The notes under the pieces are model-generated. The model saw only the letters and a list, made by a program, of their open reading frames with translations, ran no database searches and was not told the origin of the DNA. Position numbers and translations under genes: made by a program. A stretch of DNA of 64,000 nucleotides from Burkholderiales bacterium (lineage in GTDB: Bacteria > Pseudomonadota > Gammaproteobacteria > Burkholderiales > JACQAP01): NCBI GenBank assembly GCA_046155535.1, contig JBJXFN010000061.1:1540-65539 (forward strand). The letters are read 5' to 3'. Shown one piece after another: positions 27,533-37,586 of this stretch (within the stretch, counting starts at the first letter, position 1; each line of letters opens with the position of its first letter).

Positions 27533-28369
27533 CTACGGTGATCGCGGCCCGGTTTCACGCGTTTCGGGAAAGGCCATGGGCAGCGACACGCTGTGCAAAC
27601 CCAGCAACCGGATGCGCTCCAGCAAAACCGGCAGCACCAAAAGCACCACAGGTTCGCGCGTTCCGCAGGAACGATCGTGCATGAGCAATATGTCACCCGC
27701 TCCCAGGCCGCGGGTCAGGCGGGCAAGCACTTTGTTGGCATTGGGCGTCACCGTATCGAAACCGCGGCGCGTCCAGGTGATGTATTGCATGCCGAGTGTG
27801 GCGATGACCGGATCAAGAATCGGATTGCGAATGCCCATTGGGGAACGGAAAAAAACGGGCCTGCGCCGGATGATGTCCTCAATCGCCGATTGCGCGGTTT
27901 CGATTTCCTGGCGCAGCGCTGACCACCCGAAAAAACCGAAGAAATTGGAATGCCGGTGGCTGTGGTTTTCCACGCTGTGACCGCGCCGGACGATTTCGCG
28001 GACCAGTTCCGGATGTGCAAGCGCTTTTTCGCCCACCACGAAAAAACTGGCTTTGGCGCCGTGTCGATCGAGCAGGTCGAGCACTCTTGGCGTGACAAGT
28101 GGATCCGGGCCGTCATCGAAGGTCAGGGCAATTTCTTTGCGACGAACGGCATCGTCAGGCAAGCGAAGCAGATTCCGGCCAAGCCAGCGGCTGCGGGGCC
28201 ACATGCCAATCAAACCAAGCACCACGTGGTTGGCAATCGCCAGGCTTGCGATGCCAGTCCACGCTGCCGGTTGCACCAGCAGAACCAGAAACAGTGCGGC
28301 GTGAAACGCGACAGACAACTTGATGGCCATGCTTGGCTGCCAGGCGCGAGCTTGGCCGGCCGGGGTCAT
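27533..28369 (-). CDS. Polysaccharide deacetylase (NodB homology domain) family protein, membrane anchored
   Basis: [11 protein letters not shown]...[11 protein letters not shown]...[11 protein letters not shown]...FFRSPMG are NodB motifs 1 to 3. The start ATG overlaps the glnS stop (ATGA). Confidence 0.85.
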   Translation of the reverse strand: MTPAGQARAWQPSMAIKLSVAFHAALFLVLLVQPAAWTGIASLAIANHVVLGLIGMWPRSRWLGRNLLRLPDDAVRRKEIALTFDDGPDPLVTPRVLDLLDRHGAKASFFVVGEKALAHPELVREIVRRGHSVENHSHRHSNFFGFFGWSALRQEIETAQSAIEDIIRRRPVFFRSPMGIRNPILDPVIATLGMQYITWTRRGFDTVTPNANKVLARLTRGLGAGDILLMHDRSCGTREPVVLLVLPVLLERIRLLGLHSVSLPMAFPETRETGPRSP

Positions 28370-30141
28370 GACGCCGGCCGGGCCCAGGAGTCGCGCAAGG
28401 TGACGGTGCGATTGAACACCGGCGTGCCCGGCCGGGAGTCAATGCGATCCACGCAAAAATATCCGTGACGCTCGAACTGGACGCGTTCTTCGGGCAGCGC
28501 CTCCTTGAGGGAGGGTTCGCAATGCGCGGTGATGATTTTCCTGGCTTGCGGGTTGATGTCCTGCAGGAAGTCCCGTTCGGTCCCGGGATGCGGGACGCTG
28601 AAAAGGCGGTCATACAGACGCACTTCGGCGCGACAGGCATGTCGTGCCGACACCCAGTGAATATTTCCCTTCACCTTGTAGCGTTCCGATCCGGGGGTGC
28701 CGGACTTGGAATCGGCGTACAACTCGCAATGCACCGCCGTGACTTTGCCGGACGCGTCCTTGTCGGCGCCTGTGCATTTCACCACGAACCCGTAGCGCAG
28801 TCGCACTTCGTTGCCCGGGAACAGGCGGAAGAAACCTTTGGAAGGCGCGTCCATGTAATCCTCGCGCTCGATCCACAACTCCCGCGAAAACGGCACCGCG
28901 CGGGTGCCAAGCTCCGGCTTCTGCGGGTGGTTGGGTGGATGGCAGAACTCTTCCGCGTCGGCAGGATAGTTGTCGATGATGAGTTTCAACGGATCGAGCA
29001 CCGCGACGCGGCGCGGCGCACGCTCGTTCAGATCTTCGCGCATGCAGTCTTCCAGCACCGACATGTCGATCCACGAATCGGATTTCGAAATACCGATGCG
29101 TTCGGCAAATAGTCGAAACCCCTCCGGTGTATAGCCCCGCCGGCGCGCGCCTACCAGTGTGGGCATTCGCGGATCGTCCCAGCCGTCCACGTGTTTTTCC
29201 TCGACCAGCTGGATCAGTTTGCGCTTTGACAGGACGACGTAGGTGAGATTCAGGCGGGAGAACTCGTACTGGTGCGGCAGCGGCGTGGCCAGCAACCCGA
29301 ATCCCGCCAGCTTGCCGAGCACCCAGTCATAAAGAGGGCGATGGTCCTCGAATTCCAGGGTGCACAGCGAATGCGTGATGTTTTCCAGCGCATCGGAGAT
29401 GCAATGCGTGTAGTCGTACATCGGGTACACGCACCATTTGTCGCCGGTACGGTGGTGGTGCGCATGGCGGATGCGGTAGATCACCGGATCGCGCAGATTG
29501 ATGTTGGGCGAAGACATGTCGATTTTCAGGCGCAGGACATGTGAGCCGTCGGGCAATTCGCCGGCCTTCATGCGCCGGAACAGATCCAGGTTTTCCCCGG
29601 CCTCCCGGTTGCGGAACGGGCTTTCCTTGCCTGCTTCGGTCAAGGTGCCGCGGAATTCGCGCATCTGTTCCGCCGAAAGCGAATCGACATACGCGAGCCC
29701 GTGTTCGATAAAAGCCTCGGCAAACTGGTACAGGTAGTTAAAGTAATCCGAGGCAAAATAAAGATGGGACCCCCAGTCGAATCCCAGCCATTTCACCGAA
29801 TCCTTGATCGTTTCGACGTACTCGGCGTCCTCGGTCACCGGATTGGTGTCATCGAATCGCATGTGGCAGTTGCCACCGTATTGCTGCGGAAGCCCGAAAT
29901 TCAGACAGATTGATTTGGCGTGCCCGAAATGCAGGTATCCGTTGGGTTCCGGCGGAAAACGGGTGCGGATCCGAGCCGGATCGGCGGGCGCTCCGGCATG
30001 TGCGGCGGCGGGGCCGGGCCTGCCTCCCCAACGCCGCGCCGCGTAGGTGCCTTTGCCAAGGTCGGCTTCGACAATGTTGCGGATAAAATTGGTGACTTGG
30101 GCCGCTGGCGGTGTCTTGTTCGGGGACTTGGGATTGTTCAC
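28366..30141 (-). CDS. glnS: Glutamine--tRNA ligase
   Basis: [10 protein letters not shown]...[25 protein letters not shown] (HIGH region)...[10 protein letters not shown]...VLSKRKL (KMSKS-like). Size is 591 aa. Confidence 0.93.
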   Translation of the reverse strand: MNNPKSPNKTPPAAQVTNFIRNIVEADLGKGTYAARRWGGRPGPAAAHAGAPADPARIRTRFPPEPNGYLHFGHAKSICLNFGLPQQYGGNCHMRFDDTNPVTEDAEYVETIKDSVKWLGFDWGSHLYFASDYFNYLYQFAEAFIEHGLAYVDSLSAEQMREFRGTLTEAGKESPFRNREAGENLDLFRRMKAGELPDGSHVLRLKIDMSSPNINLRDPVIYRIRHAHHHRTGDKWCVYPMYDYTHCISDALENITHSLCTLEFEDHRPLYDWVLGKLAGFGLLATPLPHQYEFSRLNLTYVVLSKRKLIQLVEEKHVDGWDDPRMPTLVGARRRGYTPEGFRLFAERIGISKSDSWIDMSVLEDCMREDLNERAPRRVAVLDPLKLIIDNYPADAEEFCHPPNHPQKPELGTRAVPFSRELWIEREDYMDAPSKGFFRLFPGNEVRLRYGFVVKCTGADKDASGKVTAVHCELYADSKSGTPGSERYKVKGNIHWVSARHACRAEVRLYDRLFSVPHPGTERDFLQDINPQARKIITAHCEPSLKEALPEERVQFERHGYFCVDRIDSRPGTPVFNRTVTLRDSWARPAS

Positions 30142-30337
30142 GATGGGATGCGGATTCGATGCACGGGCCGGGAGATATCCCGAATGAAAGGCGGATTCTA
30201 TCAGCCTGTTTCAGAAAACCCTTGGTGATCCAGGGGGCGCCGGGGAAAATTGCCCCAGGAAAATTTAGGACGCTGCTCACCCCTTTTTGCCGTCCAGGCC
30301 GTTCAAGGCTGGTGTTAACCCGATGAAAGGAATTTCC

Positions 30338-31852
30338 ATGAATCGCCGTTTTGTTCGTGCCCCGTTTGCCCTGCTGGCCCTGGCTTCCTCTATCGCTTCC
30401 TTTGCCGCGGACGAAGGCTCCCATGCCATCACGATCTACAGCACCATGACACCGGGTGCGATCTCTGCGGATCAGTATCGCAACGGCGGAGGTGGCAACA
30501 GTCTGCCCGGCTATGCGACCGTGCGTCATGAGCGCGACATTGCCCTGAACCCGGGCCGCAATACCATCCGGTTTACCGATGTCGCCGGGTTCATCGATCC
30601 GACCACGGTGTCGTTTTCCTCTCTGACCGATCCGGTCGGCACCCGGGTCATGGAACAGAATTTCCAGTTCGATCTGGTCAGTCCGGAAAAGCTGCTGACC
30701 CGGTTCATCGATCGCGACATCGCGGTCGAGCGCATGGTCGGCAACAAGGTCGAAACGCTGGAGGGCAAGCTACTCTCGACGCAGGGCGGCATAGTGATTC
30801 GGGAGCCGGATGGCTCGGTGCGCACCCTGCCCTACAACGCCGGGGTGAAACTGCCGTCGTTGCCCGGGGGACTCATCACCCGCCCGACGCTCGTCTGGGA
30901 GGTCATCGCCGGCAAGGCCGGAACGCACAAGACTCGCGTTGCTTATCAGACCACAGGCATTACCTGGTGGGCGGATTACAACCTGACCTTCGCCGAAGGC
31001 AAGGATTCGAATTCCTGCAAGCTCGACATCGGCGCCTGGGTCAGCATTCTGAATCAATCGGGCGGCAGTTATCCCGACGCGAAAATCAAACTGGTCGCGG
31101 GCGACGTGCATCGCGCGGAAATTGCCGGCCAGAACGTGCCGATGATGGCAAAAGCGATGCGAAATGAAGTGGCGGACGAAGCGCGCGGCTTCGAGGAGAA
31201 ATCCTTCTTCGAGTATCACCTGTATACGCTGGGACGGCCGAGTTCGCTGCCGGAGAACTCGACCAAGCAGATCGAATTGTTTCCCAAGGTCTCGGGCGTT
31301 GCTTGCGACAAGACACTCGTCTATTACGGGCAGGCCGGCCAGTGGTATGGCGGCGGGCCGATGACTGACCGCAATTACGGCATCAGCGGCAACAAGAAAG
31401 TCGATACCTACCTGTCGTTCAAGAACCGCAAAGAAGACGGCATGGGTGTGCCGCTGCCCACGGGTCGGGTGCGGGTGGCGAAACTCGACACTGCGGACGG
31501 CAGCCTGGAATTCATCGGCGAAGACCGCATCGACCACACGCCAAAAAACGAAACCGTTCTTCTGAAACTTGGCAGTGCCTTTGACGTGGTCGGTGAGCGC
31601 CGGCAGGTGGATTTCAAGATCGACACCAACCGCAACACCATGACCGAGGAAATTGAAGTCAAGATCCGCAACCGCAAGGAAGAGCCGGTGCGCGTGATCG
31701 TGAAGGAGAACCTCTACCGCTGGACCAACTGGAAAATCACCCAGACCAGCCAACCGTTCGAGAAGCAGGACGCACGCACGATCCACTTTCCAGTGATGAT
31801 TGCAGCGGACGGGGAGGCGGTGGTGCGGTATACGGTGCGATATGCGTGGTGA
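30338..31852 (+). CDS. DUF4139-domain (MuiA-like) secreted protein
   Basis: AGGA lies 7 nt before ATG 30338. Signal peptide MNRRFVRAPFALLALASSIASFA. The N-terminal block ATVRHERDIALNPGRNTIRFTDVAGFIDPTTVSF, together with VAYQTTGITWWADYNL, fits the DUF4140/DUF4139 architecture. Confidence 0.6.
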   Translation: MNRRFVRAPFALLALASSIASFAADEGSHAITIYSTMTPGAISADQYRNGGGGNSLPGYATVRHERDIALNPGRNTIRFTDVAGFIDPTTVSFSSLTDPVGTRVMEQNFQFDLVSPEKLLTRFIDRDIAVERMVGNKVETLEGKLLSTQGGIVIREPDGSVRTLPYNAGVKLPSLPGGLITRPTLVWEVIAGKAGTHKTRVAYQTTGITWWADYNLTFAEGKDSNSCKLDIGAWVSILNQSGGSYPDAKIKLVAGDVHRAEIAGQNVPMMAKAMRNEVADEARGFEEKSFFEYHLYTLGRPSSLPENSTKQIELFPKVSGVACDKTLVYYGQAGQWYGGGPMTDRNYGISGNKKVDTYLSFKNRKEDGMGVPLPTGRVRVAKLDTADGSLEFIGEDRIDHTPKNETVLLKLGSAFDVVGERRQVDFKIDTNRNTMTEEIEVKIRNRKEEPVRVIVKENLYRWTNWKITQTSQPFEKQDARTIHFPVMIAADGEAVVRYTVRYAW

Positions 31853-32139
31853 AGCGTGGCCATGCGATTCATGGCGTCGACCCCGATTCCCTGCGTGCCG
31901 TACGGTCCCAAGGCGTACCCAAAACAACAGCGGTTATCGGTTTGCCGGTGCGGCAATCGATTGACGATCAGTGAAGAATGGCGTTGGAAAAAATCCGTTC
32001 GCCAAGCCGGCCGACGTCAGGGCGATCCGGTTACGAATACTCTGCGAGGCTGCTGCGGGATTAAGTGCAATAAAATCTGATTCGGCGGGGCATGAGGGAA
32101 CTTGTTCCCTGATATAGAAATTAATTCCAGGGGGATAAC

Positions 32140-32574
32140 ATGTTTCGTGGCAAAGGCTACAACCAGACAAACGTCGGCGAGTCGTTCGAAACTGCGCTCA
32201 CGATCACTGAAACGCATCTCGTCCTTGGTTCCGGCATGTTCGGTGATTTCAATCCGCTCCATGTGAACGAAACCTTCGCCAGGAAATCGCGGTTCGGCGG
32301 CCGCATTCTGCACGGTCCGTTCACAAGTGCGCTGGTGGCGGCGCCCGTTGGCAACTACTTCCACTCAACCGCCATCGCTTATCTTGAACACGCCTGTCGA
32401 TTCGTCGCCCCGGTTCGCATCGGCGATACCCTGACCACGCGTTGGACAATTACCGAGCGAATCGACAAGCCCAAACAAAAAGGTGGCATCGCCGTGCTGG
32501 CCGGGCGCTGCACAAATCAGGACGAAGTCGTCGTCGTCGAGGCGAATGGCAAGATCCTGGTTGCGGACGTGTGA
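32140..32574 (+). CDS. MaoC-like (R)-specific enoyl-CoA hydratase/dehydratase
   Basis: GDFNPLHVNETFARKSRFGGRILHGPFTSALV is the hot-dog fold MaoC signature (D.NP.H...A......G.I.HG). Confidence 0.85.
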   Translation: MFRGKGYNQTNVGESFETALTITETHLVLGSGMFGDFNPLHVNETFARKSRFGGRILHGPFTSALVAAPVGNYFHSTAIAYLEHACRFVAPVRIGDTLTTRWTITERIDKPKQKGGIAVLAGRCTNQDEVVVVEANGKILVADV

Positions 32575-32593
32575 ACCTAAAAACTGCAATTCA

Positions 32594-32715
32594 GCCACAG
32601 AGGTCGCAGAGAACACAGAGAGATTCAAGGACTTGAGTCAGCGCATCGCACTCACAAAAATAAGTGTGTATGCGGAACGACATACATTTTTTGATTTTTC
32701 TCTGTGAACTGTGGC
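32594..32715. repeat. REP/MITE-like inverted-repeat element (CACAGAG-module family), copy B
   Basis: Left arm GCCACAGAGGTCGCAGAGAACACAGAGAG. Right arm TTTTTCTCTGTGAACTGTGGC. The element is 122 bp and lies between the convergent MaoC and acyl-CoA synthetase genes. Confidence 0.6.
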
Positions 32716-32761
32716 TAATAGCTCTTTATAGGGTGAATGACGTTTCGAGCGCCTCCAGTCA

Positions 32762-34411
32762 TTAAGGGCTGCGTTGTCGCTCTTCCTCCCGCTGCCTGAG
32801 GACGCGTCGCTGCACCTTGCCGGTTGTCGTCATCGGCAAGCTGTCGATGAATTCGATTTCCTTCGGATACTCATAGGGCGCAAGGTTGACCCGCACATGC
32901 GCCTGCAAGGCCTCAATCAATGCGGGAGTCCCCACGATGCCAGGCTGCAGAACGATGTATGCCTTCACGATATTGGTGCGTTCCGGATCGGGTTTGCCGA
33001 TGACCGCGGCATTGGCAACATCAGCATGCTTGAGAAGACAGCTTTCAATTTCCGAGGGCCCAATGCGATATCCGGCACTCTTGAACACATCGTCGGCGCG
33101 GCCCTGATACCAAAAATAGTTTTCGGCGTCCCGTGATGCCATATCACCAGTGCAGCCCCACTCGCCGATGAATTTCTTTGCGGTGGCTTCCTCGTTGCCC
33201 CAATAGCCAAGGAAAAATACCGGGTCATCCACCCCATGCATATCAGTACGGCCAACTGCCACTTCACCGACCTCTCCCACCGGCACCTCGTTGCCGTCGG
33301 CATCGATGATCGCCACACGATGACCAGGATACGGTCGCCCCATCGAACCGCCTTTGGCCGGCCACAGGGTATGCGAATTGCCGACGATATAGTTGATCTC
33401 GGTTTGTCCAAACATTTCATTGATCGTGACGCCAAGCGCTTGCCGGGCCCAGTCGAATACGGTGGAGCCAACGGACTCCCCTGCACTCATGATCGAACGC
33501 AGCGACAGATTAAAACGAGGGCGTGGTTGCGGGTGCGCCTTCATCATCATCTTGAGTGCGGTGGGAAACAGAAAAGTGTTTCGCACACCGTATTTTTCCA
33601 ACAGATAAAACGCGCGGTCCGCATCAAAACGGCCGCGGAAACCGAGGATCGGTTTGCCGAAATACATCGTGGGAAGGAGGGCATCCATGAGTCCTCCCGT
33701 CCACGCCCAATCTGCCGGCGACCAGAACAAATCACCTTGCTGTGGAAACAGATCGTGGCTGTGAATGAATCCCGAGAGGTTCCCCAGGATCACGCGATGC
33801 GGCATCAATGACCCTTTCGGCGGGCCAGTCGTACCGCTCGTATAGACGAGAAGCGCAGGGTCCAGGGCGCCGGTATCGACCGCGCTGAAGTGCGACGACG
33901 CTCTCGCCAGCAACGCTTGCCAGTCCTCAATGCCCGATTCCCTTGCCCCGGCAACACCGACAATATGCCGGAGTGCGGGTAACTCCCGACGTACCTGCAT
34001 CAGGTTGGGCAGAGACGCCGGATCGACGATCCCGACAGTGGCGGCGCTGTCGCGAAGTCGGTATTCGAGCGCATCAGGCCCGAACAGGATCGAGAGGGGC
34101 ATGGCAATCGCGCCCATTTGATAACAGGCAATATGTGCGACCACCGTCTCGGGGCGCTGCGCCAGAATAATCGCGACACGATCACCCCGCTTGACGCCAA
34201 GCGCAGCCAGCGCGTTGGCTAAACGATTGGCATCCTGCTGCAAATCCCAGTAGGTGTGGAGGCTGGCGGCCCCGCTTTCGTCCTCCCAATAGAGGGCGAG
34301 ACGGTCGCGATCCATGGCATGACGACCGCTGCAGGCAACGCCGATGTTGAAGCGCGCGGGTACCTGCCACTGCCATAAACGGTAGAGCTCCTCATACCGA
34401 TCGATCGTCAT
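32762..34411 (-). CDS. AMP-dependent acyl-CoA synthetase/ligase
   Basis: ATG 34411 is preceded by AAGGAG. LVYTSGTTGPPKG is AMP-binding motif I. Also present are GYWGNEEAT, YRIGPSEIE and TTGKVQRRVLR. Confidence 0.88.
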   Translation of the reverse strand: MTIDRYEELYRLWQWQVPARFNIGVACSGRHAMDRDRLALYWEDESGAASLHTYWDLQQDANRLANALAALGVKRGDRVAIILAQRPETVVAHIACYQMGAIAMPLSILFGPDALEYRLRDSAATVGIVDPASLPNLMQVRRELPALRHIVGVAGARESGIEDWQALLARASSHFSAVDTGALDPALLVYTSGTTGPPKGSLMPHRVILGNLSGFIHSHDLFPQQGDLFWSPADWAWTGGLMDALLPTMYFGKPILGFRGRFDADRAFYLLEKYGVRNTFLFPTALKMMMKAHPQPRPRFNLSLRSIMSAGESVGSTVFDWARQALGVTINEMFGQTEINYIVGNSHTLWPAKGGSMGRPYPGHRVAIIDADGNEVPVGEVGEVAVGRTDMHGVDDPVFFLGYWGNEEATAKKFIGEWGCTGDMASRDAENYFWYQGRADDVFKSAGYRIGPSEIESCLLKHADVANAAVIGKPDPERTNIVKAYIVLQPGIVGTPALIEALQAHVRVNLAPYEYPKEIEFIDSLPMTTTGKVQRRVLRQREEERQRSP

Positions 34412-34462
34412 CGCCCGCTCCTTGAAATCATTCTTGTCACAACGGTCATTATAGTCAGCGCC

Positions 34463-34489
34463 CGCTGGAGAGATCATGGTTCTCCAGCG
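34463..34489. promoter_or_regulatory. Candidate operator palindrome upstream of the acyl-CoA synthetase gene
   Basis: CGCTGGAGA-N9-TCTCCAGCG has perfect 9-bp arms and lies 52 to 78 nt upstream of the ATG at 34411. Confidence 0.3.
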
Positions 34490-34813
34490 GCGCGTAATGG
34501 TATTCGACGCTTAGGGAACCCTGCATTGCCTGGCACTCGGTGACTGCATACTCCGACCCGAATTCAACCTACTCGTCCCCGGGAATCGCGAACGTGAAAT
34601 TCGCGGGAATCTTCCGGGCGTTGTGCGGTACCTGGCAATAGAATCGCCTTGTATCCACGCCAGAGACCCACGTCGTTTCGCCTGACAAAAGCATTACGGA
34701 TTGCTGTACAGTTCTTCTGACGGCGCGTCGGACTTGACTCTCAGCAGGGCACTGCACATGCTCGATGCCATCATCAACCTAGGGCAACACTGAATAAATT
34801 CCATATTGTCATT

Positions 34814-34925
34814 CCCGTGAAGCTTGTCCTCGCATGAAGTCAGCGGGGAACGGGAATCCAGGTTTTTCAAGGACATCTGGTTCTCCGCTCCCTGATTAGA
34901 TCATTCGAGGACAAGCTTCGTCGGG
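34814..34925. repeat. Long imperfect inverted repeat (about 24-nt arms, 63-nt loop), MITE-like or RNA hairpin
   Basis: The left arm is CCCGTGAAGCTTGTCCTCGCATGA. The reverse complement of the right arm is CCGACGAAGCTTGTCCTCGAATGA. The two share an identical 14-nt core, GAAGCTTGTCCTCG. The repeat lies in a lower-GC 840-bp gap between divergent genes. Confidence 0.55.
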
Positions 34926-35249
34926 CGGACACTCAATTCAGAGTTTCCGTAAATTGCCAGGTGGGTCCAGCAGCGGTGCAATGTGGATTCCGGCTGCTTA
35001 TTCCGGAATGTCTGGATGGAAAAAACAGCAGCCGGCCAGATTCAGGCGCGCCGGTGTGTTTTCATTGAAGTAGCGTCGGCTTTCCGTCGGGCCGCTGACG
35101 CGCAATTCAAAAGATGTCGACCTGATATTCAGTGCGTATTCCGGATTGGATACAGACGCCGAAGATGCCCGCGCGATTTCCGCGAGGCTTGCTTTGGGGA
35201 TCCCCGAGAAGCATCACGGGCCGGTAAAACATGCGAGAAGAGGGAAAAC

Positions 35250-36536
35250 GTGAATCCACAAGCCGCTTTTGACGCTATCGAGTACTCGCGAGACCACCTC
35301 CGTCGGCAATTTGCTGACGTGCGCGCGCACTCGCAGTCTCTTTCCGGGATGCTTTCCGTGGAAGATCATGGGCTGCAGTCCATGCCGGATGCGAGTCCGG
35401 CCAAGTGGCATCTGGCACACACCTCGTGGTTTTTCGAGGCACTGATATTGTGTGCCCACATTCCCCGCTACAAGGTATTCGATCCTCGTTTTTTCGAACT
35501 GTTCAATTCCTATTATGAATCCCTCGGGCCGCGTCACCCACGTCCACAGCGAGGACTGTTGAGCCGTCCCGACCTCGCCGAGGTTCAGGCATATCGACGG
35601 CATGTGAATCATCAGATCGAGCAGTTTCTGGAGAATGCGGAGGGTTCGGTTTTCGACCGCGCGGCACCACTGATCACCCTTGGCCTGCAACATGAGCAAC
35701 AACACCAGGAATTGCTATTGACCGATATCAAGCACGCTTTTTCGTGCAATCCGCTTCTGCCTGCATTGAATCCGATCACGCTGGTCTCGAATGCCGCGGC
35801 GCCGCCGCAGCGGTGGATAGATGTTCCAGGAGGGATGGTGGACGTGGGCCATGCCGGTGACGGGTTTGCGTTCGACAACGAGACACCTCGGCACCGGGTT
35901 TGGCTGGAGTCGTTCAGACTGGCCGCGCGGCCGGTCTGCGTCGGCGAATACCTTGAGTTCATGCAGGAAGGCGGATATCGGCGTCCCGAGCTCTGGCTGA
36001 GTGACGGCTGGTCCTGCGTGCAGACGTTGAAATGGGAGGCACCACTTTACTGGCGCAAGGAATCGCCAGAAGACTACCGGCTGTTCACGTTGCACGGTAG
36101 TTGCGCGCTCGATGCAAACGCGCCGGTCTGCCATCTGAGTTACTACGAAGCGGCGGCCTTCGCTACCTGGGCAGGGGCACGCCTGCCCACCGAATTCGAG
36201 TGGGAACATGCAGCGGCAACAGCCTCACCCGTGCACCGGCACGAACTGCATCATCTGCATCCGCAACAGACGACGCAGACCGGCGCCGGTTTCCAGGCTT
36301 TGTTCGGCGAAGTCTGGGAGTGGACACAATCCGCGTATGCGCCCTATCCGGGATTTCGTCCCTGGTCGGGTGCAGTGGCCGAATACAATGGGAAGTTCAT
36401 GATTAACCAGATGGTCCTGCGCGGAGGAAGTTGCGTCACCCCTCCGGGTCATTTGCGTCGCAGCTATCGCAATTTTTTCCCACCTGCAGCGCGCTGGCAG
36501 TTTTCCGGTGTCAGACTCGCGAGAGATTCAACATGA
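35250..36536 (+). CDS. egtB: Ergothioneine biosynthesis sulfoxide synthase EgtB (DinB_2 + FGE-sulfatase domains)
   Basis: A GTG at 35250 lies after GAGGGAAAAC. KWHLAHTSWFFE...LQHEQQHQELLLTDIK is the DinB-like iron site. FAFDNETPRH...EWTQSAYAPYPGF...VLRGGSCVTP is the FGE-like domain. Confidence 0.85.
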   Translation: MNPQAAFDAIEYSRDHLRRQFADVRAHSQSLSGMLSVEDHGLQSMPDASPAKWHLAHTSWFFEALILCAHIPRYKVFDPRFFELFNSYYESLGPRHPRPQRGLLSRPDLAEVQAYRRHVNHQIEQFLENAEGSVFDRAAPLITLGLQHEQQHQELLLTDIKHAFSCNPLLPALNPITLVSNAAAPPQRWIDVPGGMVDVGHAGDGFAFDNETPRHRVWLESFRLAARPVCVGEYLEFMQEGGYRRPELWLSDGWSCVQTLKWEAPLYWRKESPEDYRLFTLHGSCALDANAPVCHLSYYEAAAFATWAGARLPTEFEWEHAAATASPVHRHELHHLHPQQTTQTGAGFQALFGEVWEWTQSAYAPYPGFRPWSGAVAEYNGKFMINQMVLRGGSCVTPPGHLRRSYRNFFPPAARWQFSGVRLARDST

Positions 36537-37513
36537 CAGCGGAAATCTTGGCGTATTCGCCCGAACGCACTCGCGACCTTTCATCGAGCGAAGACGGCTT
36601 CGGCCGGGTGCTCGTGGCGGGACTCCGCTCTTTCCCAAAGCGGGTTTCACCGAAATTCTTCTACGATGAGCCGGGCGCGCGCCTGTTCGACCAAATTTGC
36701 GAATTGCCCGAGTATTACCTCACACGGACAGAATTCCGTCTGCTGGAGCGATATGCGGACGAAATCGCAGAGGTGATCGGTTCGCGCGCGGACGTGGTCG
36801 AGTTTGGCGCCGGCTCCATGAGCAAGATTCGGATTCTGCTCCGGGCGCTGCGTGCGCCGGTGCGTTATCTGGCGGTCGATATTTCGACCGAGCATATGCA
36901 TCGCCACGCCGAACTTCTGCAACGGGATTTTCCGGCACTCGAGGTCACGCCGTTTGCCGCGGATTTTACCCGTCGCATTGCGTTACCCGCGCCCTCGCAG
37001 TTGCCATGCAGTCAGGTTGGTTTTTTCCCCGGATCTTCGATTGGAAACTTTACTCCGACTGAGGCCTGCCAGTTCTTGAGTACGGCCTCTGACATCTTGG
37101 GCGGCGGAGGCATATTGATCGGCGTCGACCTGATCAAAGCGCCAGCGATACTTCACGCGGCGTACAACGACAGCCGGGGTGTTACGGCTGCCTTCAACAA
37201 GAATCTGCTGGCCCGCGCCAATCGCGAACTCGGTGCGGATTTCGATCTCGGCAGTTTTGAACACTACGCATTTTTCAACCCCGGCGAGTCACGCGTGGAA
37301 ATGCATCTGGTCAGTATGCGTGAACAGCAGGTCCGGGTTGCGGGAGAAAGCTTCCACTTTGCCGCCGGGGAAACCCTGCACACGGAAAACTCCTACAAAT
37401 ACAGTGTTCAGGAGTTTCATGCTTTAGCCCGTCGGGCGGGATTCGAACCACAACACGTATGGTGTGATGAACAGCGTTGGTTCAGTGTGCATTGGCTGGT
37501 TGCACGCTCCTGA
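36533..37513 (+). CDS. egtD: L-histidine N-alpha-methyltransferase EgtD
   Basis: ATGA overlap with the egtB stop. Motifs present: PKFFYDEPGARLFDQICELPEYYLTRTE, VEFGAGS, FFPGSSIGNF and HTENSYKY. Confidence 0.88.
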   Translation: MTAEILAYSPERTRDLSSSEDGFGRVLVAGLRSFPKRVSPKFFYDEPGARLFDQICELPEYYLTRTEFRLLERYADEIAEVIGSRADVVEFGAGSMSKIRILLRALRAPVRYLAVDISTEHMHRHAELLQRDFPALEVTPFAADFTRRIALPAPSQLPCSQVGFFPGSSIGNFTPTEACQFLSTASDILGGGGILIGVDLIKAPAILHAAYNDSRGVTAAFNKNLLARANRELGADFDLGSFEHYAFFNPGESRVEMHLVSMREQQVRVAGESFHFAAGETLHTENSYKYSVQEFHALARRAGFEPQHVWCDEQRWFSVHWLVARS

Positions 37514-37586
37514 ATAGTTTTCGTCGGACCGTTTTCCTGGTGTAAGTAACGACAGACGACCCGCATCCGGGGGCCTGGCCCTGTGG

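Noticed and set aside
30770-31927. 385-codon minus-strand ORF
   Set aside because: It is antisense to the DUF4139 gene, and its composition is typical of shadow frames. The same reasoning applies to 58902..60101 (antisense to ftsI), 7961..8737, 15179..16162, 42912..43928 and 41574..42659.
34569-34876. Two overlapping roughly 60-codon minus-strand ORFs in the egtB upstream gap
   Set aside because: They overlap each other in different frames, lack an RBS and recognisable motifs, and one is partly encoded by the inverted-repeat arms. There is not enough support to call them genes.
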